NCBI GenBank assembly: GCA_013239625.1
Contig: MU053881.1
Location: 15,678,373 to 15,742,372, forward strand
Direction of reading: 5' to 3'
DNA length: 64,000 nt
DNA from: Lama guanicoe
Lineage: Eukaryota
Part shown: in pieces, positions 12,421 to 25,651 of the stretch
How positions within the stretch are numbered: position 1 is the stretch's first letter
Layout of the letters: every line of letters begins with the position of its first letter
Made by a program: the position numbers and the translations under genes
Notes under the pieces: model-generated
What the model saw: the letters and a program-made list of their open reading frames with translations, nothing else
Database searches by the model: none
Told to the model about the DNA's origin: nothing

Positions 12421-15149
12421 GAGGCCTCTGCAGCTGAGGCCCCCAGCTGGGGCTTCTATCACCAAGCAAATTATCTTGACAATTGTGAAATAACAGCACC
12501 CACAAATTGAGCACCAGCCCTGGGCTAAACATTCCACATTTTCCCATTCTGAGGTGGGTCAATGATGTCTGTTTCACTAGGGGGGGAACCTGAGACTCAG
12601 AGAGTCCACGTGCCCAAGTTTCCACAGCCCATGATGGGAGCCCCAAGACTCGAACACAGGGCCTCATTAGGACTTTCATAGTCCTGAGGCACTTTTGCTT
12701 TCATGAGCCCCATCCATAAAAAAAAGAATTTAAACTATGTTTTACAACTGCATTTGTCATAGAGATGATGATATGTTAATACCATATATTAAATGTTTTT
12801 CTTTGATCCTCAAAGCTTGTTTTTTTTCCTTATGATTTTAAAAGAAGTTAAGACACCTTTATGGACTCCTAAAAGGATTGTGCCTGAGACACAGGGGTCA
12901 TTGCATCTGATGGAGAGGTCAGCTCAAACCCAGGTCTCCCAGCCTCCGTAGTGCCAGGGCAAAACCCAGAGATGGACAGGGACTTGTCCAAGGTCACACA
13001 GTGTGACCCAGATGTCCTATCCTGTGGCTGCTGGAAGTGAGGGAAAGAGTCCTTTCCAGGGGTGTCTGATACAAGCTAGAGATCCAGCCTCCTCAGCACC
13101 AATTCCCAAAACCCTGGGGCTTTGTGCTGGTCCGGCATTCGAGCAGGTCCAGGAGCAGATAAAACACGACAAGAACCAAGTCAGCAAAGAAGGCAGGACT
13201 TCTGCTCCTGATGGGTCATCTGGAGCCCCTGACTCTCACTGGGTCACCTTGGGCTGCCCCTGACCTCTCTGGGCATCCAGGGTCCTGTGAAACAGGATCT
13301 GTTATTTTGCCCCCTTACCCCCACCCTTGGACTCCAGACTGTTCACAGTTGGGCCAATTTGGTATTTTTCTCTTTCTTTCCAGTGATCAGCCTCTTGACT
13401 ATGCTGTTTCAAGGACCAGCTCTGTCATGCGCTTCCTCTTCTCTAGGGCCGGCCACCAGGGCTGTGACCATTTACACAATCTGGCTTGATTCTCACAGTG
13501 GCACTTGGATGCAGTGTCTCATCTCAGCCATCACCCGTAATGAGGCAACTTAGGCACCAGCCCCATGTCCCACGGTGACTGAGCTGTCGAACGACATCTG
13601 ACCTCATGCTCAGGAATTTTTCAGTCCTTCCCCACTGGTCTCCTCCCTCTCCATCACTTCACCTATTGATCATCAACTGTGTACCTGACTACTGAGCTCT
13701 GGAGACACAGCAGATAACACCCTTGCAGACTTTCCCCTCTCCTACCCCTGCCCCAACCTGGGTCAGCTGTGACCCCATTTATGCTCACTAATACTGTAAC
13801 TAGTATTATAATTACAATATTGTAGTAATATAATATTGTATGATAATGATTATAGTATCATAGTGATAATGTCTGCATTTACAGATATCAAATGCTCCCG
13901 TTCTCCCAGTCTGCTCTGATCTTCCAAGGGGGGATTCAGCCCATTTCACAGAAGAACACACCAAGGGACAGGAGGAATAAAGCCACACACAGGAGAGCTG
14001 GATTTCAGCCTGGGAGTTTTGGACTCCCAGCCCCACCACAGGGATGGAGCTCCCAAGAACAGGGGATAGACTGGCCCAGCGCCTCCCACCTCCTCCTGCC
14101 CAGGATCCCGCCCAGGAACTGGCTTGTCCTTAGCGTGGGTGAAGGTATGTGGGTCAGGGTGTGCCCAGGGCCCCTATTCTGATGATAGCAGCTTGGTAAT
14201 ACATTTTATTGTCTGGCAGAGCAGCCCTCTTCAGCAATGGCAGAGTGTGACCATCAACCCATTATGCAGTGCAGTAAACTGAGGCCAGCAAGGCTTATGA
14301 GGGAAGGATCTCCAAACCCATTGGTCTCTCACCCTCAACCACTGACATCTTAAGCAAAAGGGTGGAGTCACAATCTGGCAAAAGATGGGGTGGGTGGATT
14401 TCAGAATCTGTAGAATACAGGCACCAAAGCCTCAATCCCATTAAAACAAAACAAAAACAAGACTCAGGGAGGTCTGTCACCTGCCCAAGGTCACCAGTGA
14501 GGCAGGTCCATCTGAAGCCACCTCTTGGTCCCCACTGCAGTTGGGGCAGGTGAATTCTGGGATCCAAGGCAGATGGAGGGGCTGCCCACCTCCCAACCCT
14601 CCTCCGCACCCCACTCGCAATCAGCCTCCAGCGAGATCCTAATTTACCTCGATTTATTTTAATCCCTGGGAACAGATGCTCACTACCCACCCCCACTGAA
14701 GCAAGGACCACCCCCAAGTCCATGCTCCAGACTCTTCTAGGCCTGGCCTGGCCAGTCCCTGCCAGGCAAGAGACCTACCTCACATTGACCTCCTCCACAG
14801 AATTCCGACCTTGGGGTCCCTGAAGAGGATACCAGTGAAACTCTCCCCCCATCCCATCCTTGTGGTAGGGGGCTGGGATAGGATACTCTAGAAGAGGGGC
14901 CAGGGGACCCTAAGCTTCTCAACCAGGCCTAGATAGGGGTTCACGGCAGAGAAAAGGGGAAGGGGGTTCTCGTCTCGTCCCCGGGGGTCTGCAGGCCGGA
15001 GCTGGGAAGAGGGAAATTGGGAGGTGGTCTCCACTTCAGCTTTCCTGGGTCCCAGGCTGGAAGGAGAGCGGCGCCCCCATCTTTGCAGCCCCCAAATCTA
15101 GACGCAGATCCAGGCTTAGAATAAAGGGATTTGGGGAGGGGTCTCGCTT

Positions 15150-15760
15150 CATAGTCGCTCCACTGCACGCTCCAGCTGTAGGCCAGGAGATGGCGGATTT
15201 GGGAGAGGTCTCTATCTCCCTTCGTGGACCCCCTATTATCACTGGGGGTTGGCTGGGACGCCCACCGCGCAGCCCCCCGCCCCCTGTTCGCCATCCCTCA
15301 CGCCCCGCCGCGCCTTTGACCCCCGGGACCGGCGGGGCTGCCGGGCGCGGTGCGCATGGGAGGCTGCGCGAGCCAGGGGGTTTCGAGGGTGTCTCGGGGA
15401 CAGCACTCACCTTCCGAGCTCCAGCCGAGCCCCGCGCCCGCCGCCACCTGCGGCTCGGTCGCTGACACCCGAGCCCGTCCCTCCCCTCCCTTCCCTCCGC
15501 GGCTGCGGCGCTGCCGCCAGCTGGCTCCGCCCCCCGGGCGTGGCCGAGATAGTCCCCACCTCCCGCGGCGGCCTGGGAGGCAGGGGCGGGCTCTGAGTGC
15601 GCGCGGCCGCCCATTGGGAAATTTAGGCGGCCTGCTCCGCCAGCCCAGCGCGCTGGTTGGCTGAGTCGGAGAAGCGGCTCCTTTTTTAATCTCTCCTGGC
15701 TCCACTACCCGCAATTATTTGCATAATTTAAAGCGATAGGCCCCGCTCCTTCCACCAGAG
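15150..15760 (-). promoter_or_regulatory. FCHO1: CpG-island promoter and non-coding first exon of FCHO1 (exon from about 15411 upward)
   Basis: Dense CpG, GC boxes, CCAAT near 15613, octamer ATTTGCAT 15717-15724, AAG/gtgagt donor at 15405-15410. Confidence 0.75.
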
Positions 15761-16424
15761 ACCGGGTGGGAAGGGTGACTACAGTTTATTGAGCTCCCAG
15801 TGTGTGTCAGGCGCCGAGAAGGACTCATTTGATTTCCCCCTACAAGCCTGTGAGAAGGACATTATTGATCCTCGTTTTACAATTGGGGAAACTGAGGCTC
15901 AGAGAAGGCTCCTGGAGGCCACACAGCAAATCCACAGACTTATGAGGGCAGTCTCAGGATCTGGCCCCAGGAGTGGGGAGAACTACCCTTAAGAATGTTG
16001 TCATGTCACAAATCTGAAGGGCCCCCGTCGCCTTCAGCTGAGTCCTCGTATAATGAGATTTATACAGCGCCTGCTGGTCCTCCATTCAACCCTTCATTCA
16101 AATACCCGTATGATCTGACTGCCCCCAAGCCTACTCCCCCACCAGCCTCCCTGGCTTAGAAAGGCAGCTCAAGAGTGTGGCCAGAGGCCTGGGAGTCTCT
16201 GAGAGCCTTCTCTTCCCTTCATTATTCATGTTGGTTCTCCTGGCCCTAAGTCTCTGAAACACCCCCAATTTGCTCATTTTTCTGTACCCTGCGGTGGCCT
16301 GGGCCTAGGCCCAGTCATCTCCAGCCTGGATGCTGCCTGGGCTTCCTACTTGGGCCTCTTGTTGCCTCCATCTCTGCCCTAGACAATCCCTGTTCTCCAT
16401 GGCAACTGTAGGTTGCAATTTTTT

Positions 16425-18290
16425 AAAATAAACTTATTATAAAGCAATTTTTTGATTTACAGAATTATTGTGAAGATAATACAGAGGGTCCCTGTGTAAC
16501 CCATACCCAATTTTCCCTATTACTAACATCTTACATTAATATGGTACATTTGTCACAGTTAGTGAACCAATCGATATTGAAATACTATTCTTAACTAAAA
16601 TACATACATTATTCAGATTTCCACGGTTTCCCCTAATGTCTGTTTTCTGTCCCAAGATCCACATTACATTCAGTCATCATGTCTCTTCAGCCTCCACTGG
16701 GCTAAGAGAGTGTCTCAGACTTTCTTGATTTTGATGACCTTGACAGTTTTGAAGAGAACTGGTCAGACGTTTCATAGGCTGCCCCTCAATTGGGATTAAA
16801 AAAAAATTTTTTTTAAATTGAACTCTACTTGACATATAACATGGTGTCAAGTTAATGTGTAAACATGTTGATTTGATACATTTGTAATATGATACATTAT
16901 AATATGATTGCCACAATTGGAATTTGTCTGAATTTTTTTCTCTGAGTTAGAATGAGGTGATGGGTTTGGAGAGGATCAGAGGTGAAATTCCCTTCTCATC
17001 ACACCGTGCCCAGACCACATGCTCTCAATGTGAATTTTCACTGTGATGCCGAGATCACCTAAGGTCTGAGGTAGTGTCTGTCAGGACTGTAAAGTTACTC
17101 TTGTCCCCCTTTTCCTGCTGTACCTTGTGGAAGAAGTCTCTTTGCACAGCCCACATCTAAGGGATAAGGAATCACTCTTCCCCTTCTCGAGGGCAAAAAT
17201 TATTTGGAATTCCTCTGATGAGAAATAGATCTCTTCCCCCCATTTCTTTTTCTATTCAATCATTCATATCAATGTGGACTCATGGATATTTATTTTACAC
17301 TTTGGGTTATAATCCAATACTACTTAGTTGGTTTTCTTGCTCCAGTTGTTCCAGCTTCGGCCACGGGAAGCTTATTCAATTGGCTCTCGTGTCCTTCTGA
17401 CACGCCCCCCCATCTGCCACATCCTCTTTTTTCTTTCTTTCTTTCTTGCTTTTTTTTGTTGTTGTTGTTCTTGTTCTTGTTGTTGTTGACGTATAATCAG
17501 TTAAAATGTGTCAATTTCTGGTGTACAACACAATGTCCCTGTCATGCATATATACATATATTCATTTTCATATTCTTTTTCGTTAAAAGCTATTACAAGA
17601 TATTGACTATGGTTCCCTATACTAGTCAGAAGAAATTTGGTTTTTATCTGTTTTTATATATGGTGGTTAACATTTGCAAACCTCAAACACCCAAATTTAT
17701 CCCTTCCCACCCACCTTTCCCCGGTAACTATAAGATTTTTTACTATGTCTGCAAGTCTGTTTCTTTTGTAGATGAGATCATTAGTGTCCTCTTTTTTCTT
17801 CTTTTTCTTGGGTTTTTTTGTTTGTTTGTTTGTTTTGTTTTAACACTTCCCTTACTTCGTCACTGCAAAATGCTCCAAGCTCATCTGGTATATTTCCTGC
17901 CCCAGTCCTAGTATCAGCCAAGGAGCAGCCCTGGTGCCTTTCTTTGGAGAATAATAGAAACCAAGATCTGAGCAGTAGGTCCCACTGGTCACTACTGGGG
18001 TGTTGCTTCTAGGCCCTCTCAGCTGACACAGCAAGGACATATACGTGTGTATACTAACCTGTGTCTGTACACAGATCTATATTTTCATCTGTAACCATAT
18101 CTATTTGAGGTTAAACATGGGTTCATGCAGTTGTCTCCGCATGCAATCCATTACTAACTGGATCCTCCTAGCCTCCCTCCTTGACTGTCTGTAATCTCCC
18201 AACAGTGAAAAACCTAGCTCCCACCATCCACTCTCCATTTACTTCATTATTCCATTCAGGGGTGCAGGTATAGTGGCTTCAGGATGTGAA
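16425..18290 (-). mobile_element. Old L1M 3'UTR fragments with a younger L1 3' end nested (about 17440-17810)
   Basis: T-rich L1 3'UTR-like text; the nested part is the reverse complement of the L1 at 60200-60530. Confidence 0.7.
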
Positions 18291-19212
18291 TTTTTACCCA
18301 CAGAGGGGTTTTCAAACAGAAACTGATCACCTACCTCTTCAGCTCCAAATTCTCCCCAGCAGCCTCAGTAAAGACCACACCCCATCCCCCTGTGCAGCCA
18401 GGCCATGCCCTCCTTGGGGCAGTCCCACCCAATCAGTCCCAACTCAGGACCTTTGCACCTGCTGTTCCTTCCGCCTGGAGTGCTCTCCTCCCAGCTTCCC
18501 ATCTGACTGGTAACTTAGCTTTCATTTCCTACATGAAAGCTCTGGTCTGGCTTCATTACAGCCCAGTGCTGAACCCCCAGGGCTGAGGCGTTATGTTAGT
18601 CTTGGCCCTCTTCCCCTCCGTGGGCTGGCACCACCCATACCAGCCAGATGGGGTCTGAACTGCATTTATACCCTCATACACGCCTCCCTTAAGCCTGGGC
18701 CAGGGGCAAGGTGGGGAAGGGACAGGGGTAATTCTTGTTTTATAGGCAAGGGGACTGAGGCTGGTGGACAAGAGGCTACTCTCTGAAGTCACACAGTGGA
18801 CATGTCAGAGGCAGGGCTTAACAGCTGCACTGGTGCTGAAATTCTCACCTGCCCTGCCCTTGGATCCCCAAAGATACTGTGGGGATGGGGAGGACAGGAT
18901 GCAGAACAGGACTGTCTGGCCTTGGAAAAGGAAACTTGAGGGGTTCAGTCACCACCAACACAGCTCAAGGATACCTAGAGGTTCAGGCCAATTTTCTTCT
19001 TTCCAAGATTGGGTGTGGGGTGGGGTGGGGGTCCAGAGTGTTGTTACCTTCCCAAGGACACATTCCCAGTGCTGCCAAGCTGGGACATAACCAACATTTC
19101 TTGAGCACCTACTATGTGCCAGGGAGGGTAAAGGCACATACTGTGTGGGATTTGTCCTTGTCCGAGAAACAGCCCAGGTTATGGACTAGAAGGAAGCAAA
19201 AGAGGGTGACTT

Positions 19213-19720
19213 ACTGGTAGACAGGGTGGCATTTTAAAGGGAGTCAGTCAGGAAGAACAGAAAGAGGGCCTAGGCTGGGGGTGGGGACCAGAGGGAAAGC
19301 AGGGAGGGCTTCCTGGAGAAAGGGCTCTAGTTGGTTGGCTAGGAAGATGAGAGGTTTTGTGCTGCTCTTTCCGGGAGAGGCTATCCCTCCCTCCTCTATC
19401 ACAGCCTCCCAAGAGCCCACATCAGTCCAGAAAAGTGCCCTGGCCACGCTCCACTAGGGACCCGGTCTCCCTCAGCCCCACCCGGTATCGCCTCCAGAAC
19501 CTCAATCGAACCTGGCCTGCTCGCAGCACCCCAGCTTGGCTCCGCCTCCCCGGCCCCACCCCCAGCCCTTGGAAGGGGAAGTCCCGACTACTCAGTGAGG
19601 TATCCAAGCAGCTACAGCTTTACCAGTCCCAACTTTACCAGTCTCCTTTCGGTTCCTCTAAAAGACCAAGACTGCCTGTGCGGGTCCCTCCGCCCGCCAT
19701 GCTCTCCCTCATTCCCTAGT
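19213..19720 (-). promoter_or_regulatory. FCHO1: Candidate distal FCHO1 promoter / upstream first exon
   Basis: Local CpG and GC-box cluster, kB-like GGGAAGTCCC 19576-19585, minus-strand gtaagt donor at 19209-19214. Confidence 0.35.
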
Positions 19721-20311
19721 GTGGCTCAATTCTTTCCATACTCATGAAGCTCTCTCCCATCCCCAGGCGTGTGGGGCTCCTGTGGCACCCCATGCCACCC
19801 ACCACACCCCACAGCGTGGGTGGTTGTCCCCGCCTATGTGTCTGGCTCCCCTACTTGACACTGTTTGCCCCGTGAGGGGAGCATCCAATATTTGTTGACT
19901 GATGGATGGCTGGATGGTGGCATTCCAGGGAGGGAACACCAGCGGATGCAAAGGCCTGGAGGCGTGATCTGGTTGTTGAAGCAACACAAGAAACCAGGGG
20001 GCGGATCAGGCTCAGGGTGAGTATCTGGGAGGGGCTGCCGACGAGCAGGCGGCACAGAGAGTGGGTGCCCGGGCCAAGATCAGTACACCTGGCTCCTGCC
20101 ACATGCTTGGGGGTCCCCAGGTGCTTCCGTGGCTACCGCCCAGATATTTTTAGTGCGTGCTCCTTAGAGGCTGGGCCAGACAGCTGTCAGGAGGGATTGG
20201 GGGAGAGGGAGGAAAAGAGACAGACAGAGGAAAGAGAAGACGACGAGGGGGTGAGGAACTCCAGGCCCCAGACTGTTCTAGCAGGTAGATGGGAAAGAGT
20301 CAAGAGTAATA

Positions 20312-20525
20312 CCCTAGACCAGGAGTTGGCAAACGACAGCCCAAAAGCCAAATCCAGCCCACTAGCCTGTTTCTGTAAGTGAAGTTTTTTTGGAATACAG
20401 CTATTTTCGCTCGTTCTGCTGCAACAGCAGAGTTGAGGTCTGGACAGGCTGTGTGGCCGACAACACCAAAAAACAAACAAACTATCTGGTTTTTTACAGA
20501 AAAATCTTGCCAACCTCCTTCCAGG
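20312..20525. mobile_element. MER58A-like hAT element
   Basis: caggagttggcaaac..gccaaatccagccc..ttgccaacc. Confidence 0.7.
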
Positions 20526-20999
20526 AGAAAAATCTTTGGGAGGAGGACTTGTCGGTAGTTATTCATTGATTGTCACCGCTATTTCTGATTCTCCTCCTTC
20601 CAGATGCAAGAGAGGAGTGTACCTTGCAACGCCTGAACTAGGCAGTCATGTGACTTGCTCTGGCCAATGAAATGAGGGTGCAAGTGGCACATAGCTTGCT
20701 GGTGGAAGCCTTAGGAGCTGGTGCCTGATTTGCCATGTCCCTTTCTCCTGTCCTGCCACCTCTGCCACCTGATGTTCTAGGTGGTGGAAGTTCTGTCACG
20801 ATGGGCTGCTGAGTGAGGGCTATGAGAAAGACGGCAACATCATAAATCTAAAGGGCAGGGAAAGACCACCAAGTATTGAGGGCCAAAGCCCAGACCCTTA
20901 CCCCCCCATAAACCCCCACAATTGACTAAAATAAAAATATGAAGTGGAGCTCTTTCTAGGAATGTAAGGATAAATCAGTGTTAAAAAAAAGCCTATTAA

Positions 21000-23500
21000 T
21001 AGGTAAAAAAACATAAACATTTCCCCCTAGTGGTTCTTAACTTTCTTTATTTTGAGGCCTCTATTAGGTGCACGTAAGTTTGGAACTGTGAAGTAAAAGT
21101 TTTGATATTCCTTATTTCTATTAATATACCAAAAATATAACCTTATTAATATGGGCATATCAGCTTTAATTTTTTTCTTTAGTATTTGTCAGGTTTGTTT
21201 TTTCCCATCCTTCACTTTCAAATTTTCAGTATCTTCATATTTAGATGTTTCTTGTAAACAGCATAAAATACGAATTAAAATAAATAGTCTGACAATCTTT
21301 TGTCTTTTAACTGGAGTTCTGGTCCATTTACATTTATTTAAATTACTGGCAAATGAATATGTATTTCCATTATCTTATTCTGTGCTTTCTAATTGTATCT
21401 CCTTCCCAATGGAAGCATTATTTCAGGTTATTTCTTTTTCCCCCTGTACTAATTTGGAAGTTATAAACTAGTTCTAGTCTTCCAGTATTTACTGAAACTA
21501 TTAATATTCCTACTCTGCTGAACTAAGTAACATATTACTCTCCCCTCAAACAATACAAAGATTTAAAAACCTCTACTCCACTCAGCTCTTATTTATTTGC
21601 CATTGTTGCCTAAATTTAATTTACCTTTTAATCCTACATATTGGACATTATAATTCTTATTAATGAGGGTGATATTTTTTTAATTTTCTTTTTCTGTGGG
21701 GGGTAGGTAATTAGGTTTATTTATTTAAATGGAGGTAGTGGGGATTGAACCCTGGACCTTGAACATGCTAAGCATGCACTCTACCACTGAATTACAGCTT
21801 CCCCCAGGGTGATGTTTCTTTAGCTGCACCCATGTATTTCCCACATTTTTTGCTGTTTCCTTCTGCAAGTCAGCCCTTCCACCTGGATCACATTTTTCTG
21901 CCTGAAAAAATTCTCTCAGAATTTCATTCAATGGGGTCTTCATTTCTCTCTCATCCTCCAAAGACATTTCTGTTGGGTGAGAACGTCTGGTTTGCTATTT
22001 TTTTTCTGTTTGAAGATGGTACCCCACTGTCCCTGACTTTCACGTTACGGGGCTGAGGAGCTGACTCTCAGTCTGCCGTTTTCCCTTTTCTTGTTGACTT
22101 TGGTTTTCTGTATTTTCAGTTATCTTTTCATACATCCTGCTTGGGATTTGGTTGGCTTTCTGAATATTGGTGAATTGATGCCTTTCATTAGTTCTAGAAA
22201 ATTCTCCATCATCATCCCCTTCAGAGTCTGCCTCTGTTCACTCTCTTCTGCATTTAACCTCCTTTTTCTCTTCCCATATTTGGGAAATTAACTCAGTTTC
22301 ATTTCCCAGTTCACCAATTTTCTTTCCAGCGATCTCAAATCCACTGTTGACCCAATCCAATTATTTGCTTTTTATTTTCTCTTAGGTCTAGTTGGCTTTT
22401 CTACAGATATTACTCTCTCTTGTTCTTTGTTCACATTTCAGGATTAAATACAGCAAAGACATCAGGATTAAAGATACCAGGTCTTTGCTGTTGGCATTGA
22501 CAGGCTGTGAGTTTTGATGCTGGCTCATATCCCCTGGGATGTGATTGGAGGAATTTTTAAAGACTGAGGTTGAAGGTTCTTGCAGCAGAGCCCCAGGGTC
22601 ACCACCATCCTGGACTACTTTAAAGCATGTCATCCACCCAAGTTTGCTTTCTATTCTTGGGAAGATCTTGTTTTGAGTTCTACTTCTTGCTTTGAGGCCT
22701 TCACTTACCAGACACACCCTCTTGAAGGTCCATGAAAACGGAAGACCAAACCTGCCTTGTCTAACACAAAAGCTGCTTCCGTCCTGGGGCTTCTGTCTGC
22801 ACTGACGTTGTGGCCTCTGACTGTTCCTTACTTTCTGGCTGCTCATTGATATGTTAGTCAAAACTGAACTCAACTTTACCCAGTAATTTTCGTTGTTTTT
22901 ATTGGGAATCTAGCTCACTACCTGATTAGAAGCAGAGGCTGACAGCATTTCTTATGCATGTGTTCAGACCCCAACCCCCCACCCCCGTGGAGATGCTAGA
23001 ACTCCAAGAGGAATGAGCGTGTAAAAACAACTTTTTATGAATGAAAAAAGTAAAATTAAGGAGAAAGAACCTGCCTGATGAGCTATGCCAATGAAATCAA
23101 TAAGGAGATGACCAGAAAGGTTGGTGATGGATTAGAACAGATTTGGAAACAAACAATGCATGTGGCATCTTATTCAGGGAGGAAGGAGTGTTTCAAATCT
23201 GAGAATCATAAAAAATAAAATGTTTGCAGCAAAACCGCTCATAAACAAAACTGAAAGGTAAATTTGGGAAAAAATTTACAACACAAAAGTTTATTAATGG
23301 TTAAGATGGTAAATTTTATGTTATGCGTTTTAAAAATTTTAACAAGTTTGTTGTCCCTATTGAAAAAAATATTATGATGTATGAATGAGCAAAAGACAAG
23401 CATCTAATAAAAAAAACTGAACCAGCCAATGAAAAATAAATACAAGAAAACTTCCAGAAATAAAATGAAAACAAGGAGACAGCACCTGTACTCAACAGTT
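21000..23500. mobile_element. Degenerate L1M fragments
   Basis: AT-rich L1-like text in both orientations, no intact ORF. Confidence 0.5.
21695..21805 (-). mobile_element. tRNA-derived SINE (Vic-1-like)
   Basis: Reverse-complement A/B boxes and tail. Confidence 0.85.
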
Positions 23501-24229
23501 TGCCCAAGATGAAAAATCAGGGTGATGTGGCCTCACGTACAAACAGTATCTTATCCTGCGATCCTGGACCAAGAAGTCCATCCTTATGGGAAAAGGCGGG
23601 TAGGTATTGGGGGCTAGGACTTGGTTGCATGTTTTTTAAGGTCACCATTCAACCCTGTACAAATGGCATCTTAATGAAAATGTTATCTAGATGTTTCTGT
23701 ATGTGCAGGACATAGAGATCAGGGAGAGGGTTCATAAGGAAATTAATGTTTTATAACCTTAAGGTTCAGATTGCTTTTTAAGACTTTTCTGTGGAGTGAG
23801 ACTTTCCTGCCATGAGTGCCGATTATCTCTAGGAACAGAAGGTAACTTTTGTTTAATGGCTTTGGATCATAGAGACTGGGGTTCAGATCTCACCTCAGCC
23901 ACCAACTGGTTTGTGTGGCCAGGGTCTGGCAGCTGCCCTCCCAGTCTATAAAGCGGGCCCCTTAGGTGGCTAGGTTGGGCTGGAAGGCCGTGGTCAGCAG
24001 TGAGCTCCACTGGCCACAGGTCATTACTTAAGAGGCACTGCCTCCCCTGGTCCCGGGTTTTCCCATCTGGGACCTAGAGGCCAGAGAGTGCCTGACCTGG
24101 GGGCCACTGGGGATTCTGCAGAGCCTGTCCCCCTAGAACTGAGAACCCACATGGCAGCAATGATGGGCCTGGGTGCTAAGTCTCCCGCCAGCAGAAGGAA
24201 CTGAGGCCACAGCTGAGCGGAGTACCTGG

Positions 24230-24235
24230 TTTATT
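24230..24235 (-). terminator. MAP1S: MAP1S polyadenylation signal AATAAA
   Basis: tttatt on + strand, 65 nt beyond the TAG stop. Confidence 0.8.
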
Positions 24236-24300
24236 TCCATCGCAGGTGAATCTCAGGACAGTGGCAGACTCTGGGCAGAGGGGCGGGGTTGGAGGCGGGG

Positions 24301-24456
24301 CTAGAACTCCACCTTGCAGGCAGGGAAGGCCTCGTCCTGCATGGACACGGTGCTGTTGCTGCCCAGCACCGTGATGCCCAGCGCCTGGTGCCGGGCATGT
24401 GTCTCCTCGTACCACTCATGCATCACCACTGAGTCGAAGGTGGGGATCAGGGTCAC
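24301..24456 (-). CDS. MAP1S: MAP1S exon 7 (light-chain C-terminus VTLIPTFDS...FPACKVEF*)
   Basis: Conserved MAP1-family C-terminus, TAG at 24301-24303, cag acceptor. Confidence 0.96.
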   Translation of the reverse strand: MTLIPTFDSVVMHEWYEETHARHQALGITVLGSNSTVSMQDEAFPACKVEF

Positions 24457-25415
24457 CTGTGGGTGGGACAGATGGACCAACGGTGAGGGGCAGCACCCTC
24501 TTCCCTCCCGCCCCAGCCCTATGGCCGCTGAGGCCCCTCTTCTCTGACCACCTTTGCTCTGCCTCCATTCTCTCTCGCTTGGATGTCTGTAGCTGCTGCC
24601 AGCCAGTCCTTGAAGTCCCTTCTCTTTCCCACAGCCCCCAAGGACCCTTCTACAATCCAGGAGACCAGACTACTCCTCTGTGAATTCCTCTCCACGCTTC
24701 CACCCACCCTCCACCACCACCCTCTCCCACTTTCACCCCCCAGGCCTCCCTCCAGCTCCTTGAATGCACCAAGCTTGCTCCCCACTTCGGCCTCTGCCTG
24801 TGCTGTGCCCTCGGCCCGGGACTCTCCCTCCCAGCTGCTCCGGAAACTGTGTGCCAGGCCAGGTGTCACACACTCAACCCCTGAGTGGGCAGCCAGGTAC
24901 CTGGAGACTCCTACCTAAACTCGCCTCCCCCTTCAAGGTTCTACTTCAAAGCTTCCTGTGGAAATGACGCCAACCCTTGGGGCCAATTCTCAACTTTCTC
25001 AGCTGCATAGACACCACACACACTCCCTGTTTCCTCCTGGCCAATCCTCATAATGTTGGGGAGGTTAAGGGGCAGAGGTCAGGGGAGGTGATCAAACCAG
25101 CCCCATCCACGCCCTCATCCAGGTTTGCGCAGACACACAAGGAAGTGGATGTAACAGGAACGTAGTCCTGAGGGCTGGGAGGGACTCTGGCATTTGGCCT
25201 CACTGCCCCATGGCCATGGGGACATGGCTTAGTCTCTCTGAGCTCCGCTCCCTCCTCTGATGTGGGTGAAGGTCACTTCGACCTCACAGGACTGTGCGGG
25301 TTTAACAGGAAGACATCAGGAAGCATTGACCCCACCCTGTGCCAAGAGCTTAGGCAATGTCCCCCTGCCATCTGCTGCCCTCAGGACTGTCCTGAGGCCC
25401 CCGCTGGTCACTCAC

Positions 25416-25651
25416 CTGGAGGTCCCGGTCCCACTGCTGCTTGCCAGCCAGGAGCGCATCTAGGACGGCCCGCATGCCCTCCTCCTTGTGCTGGTCCTGG
25501 CCACTGATGACGTAGCAGAGCGCACGCACCCGCCGGAAGAACTCCTCGTCCACCAGGCGGGCACTGCCCCCGCTGGGCAGGTAGGCCAGGTCGAGGTACA
25601 CAGGGGAGCCAGGTGGGGCTGCTGACCCTCCTGGCCGACTGCCAGCTGACC
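25416..25651 (-). CDS. MAP1S: MAP1S exon 6 (PVYLDLAYLP...VRALCYVISG...QQWDRDLQ)
   Basis: 236 nt, MAP1 light-chain motif, cag/gtgagt boundaries, phase fits. Confidence 0.96.

Noticed and set aside
14941..15714. Several overlapping 100-190 aa ORFs
   Set aside because: Stop-poor CpG island giving low-complexity Arg/Gly/Pro translations
17282..17911. 209-aa hydrophobic ORF resembling a membrane protein
   Set aside because: Translation of T-rich antisense L1 3'UTR and (TTG)n tail
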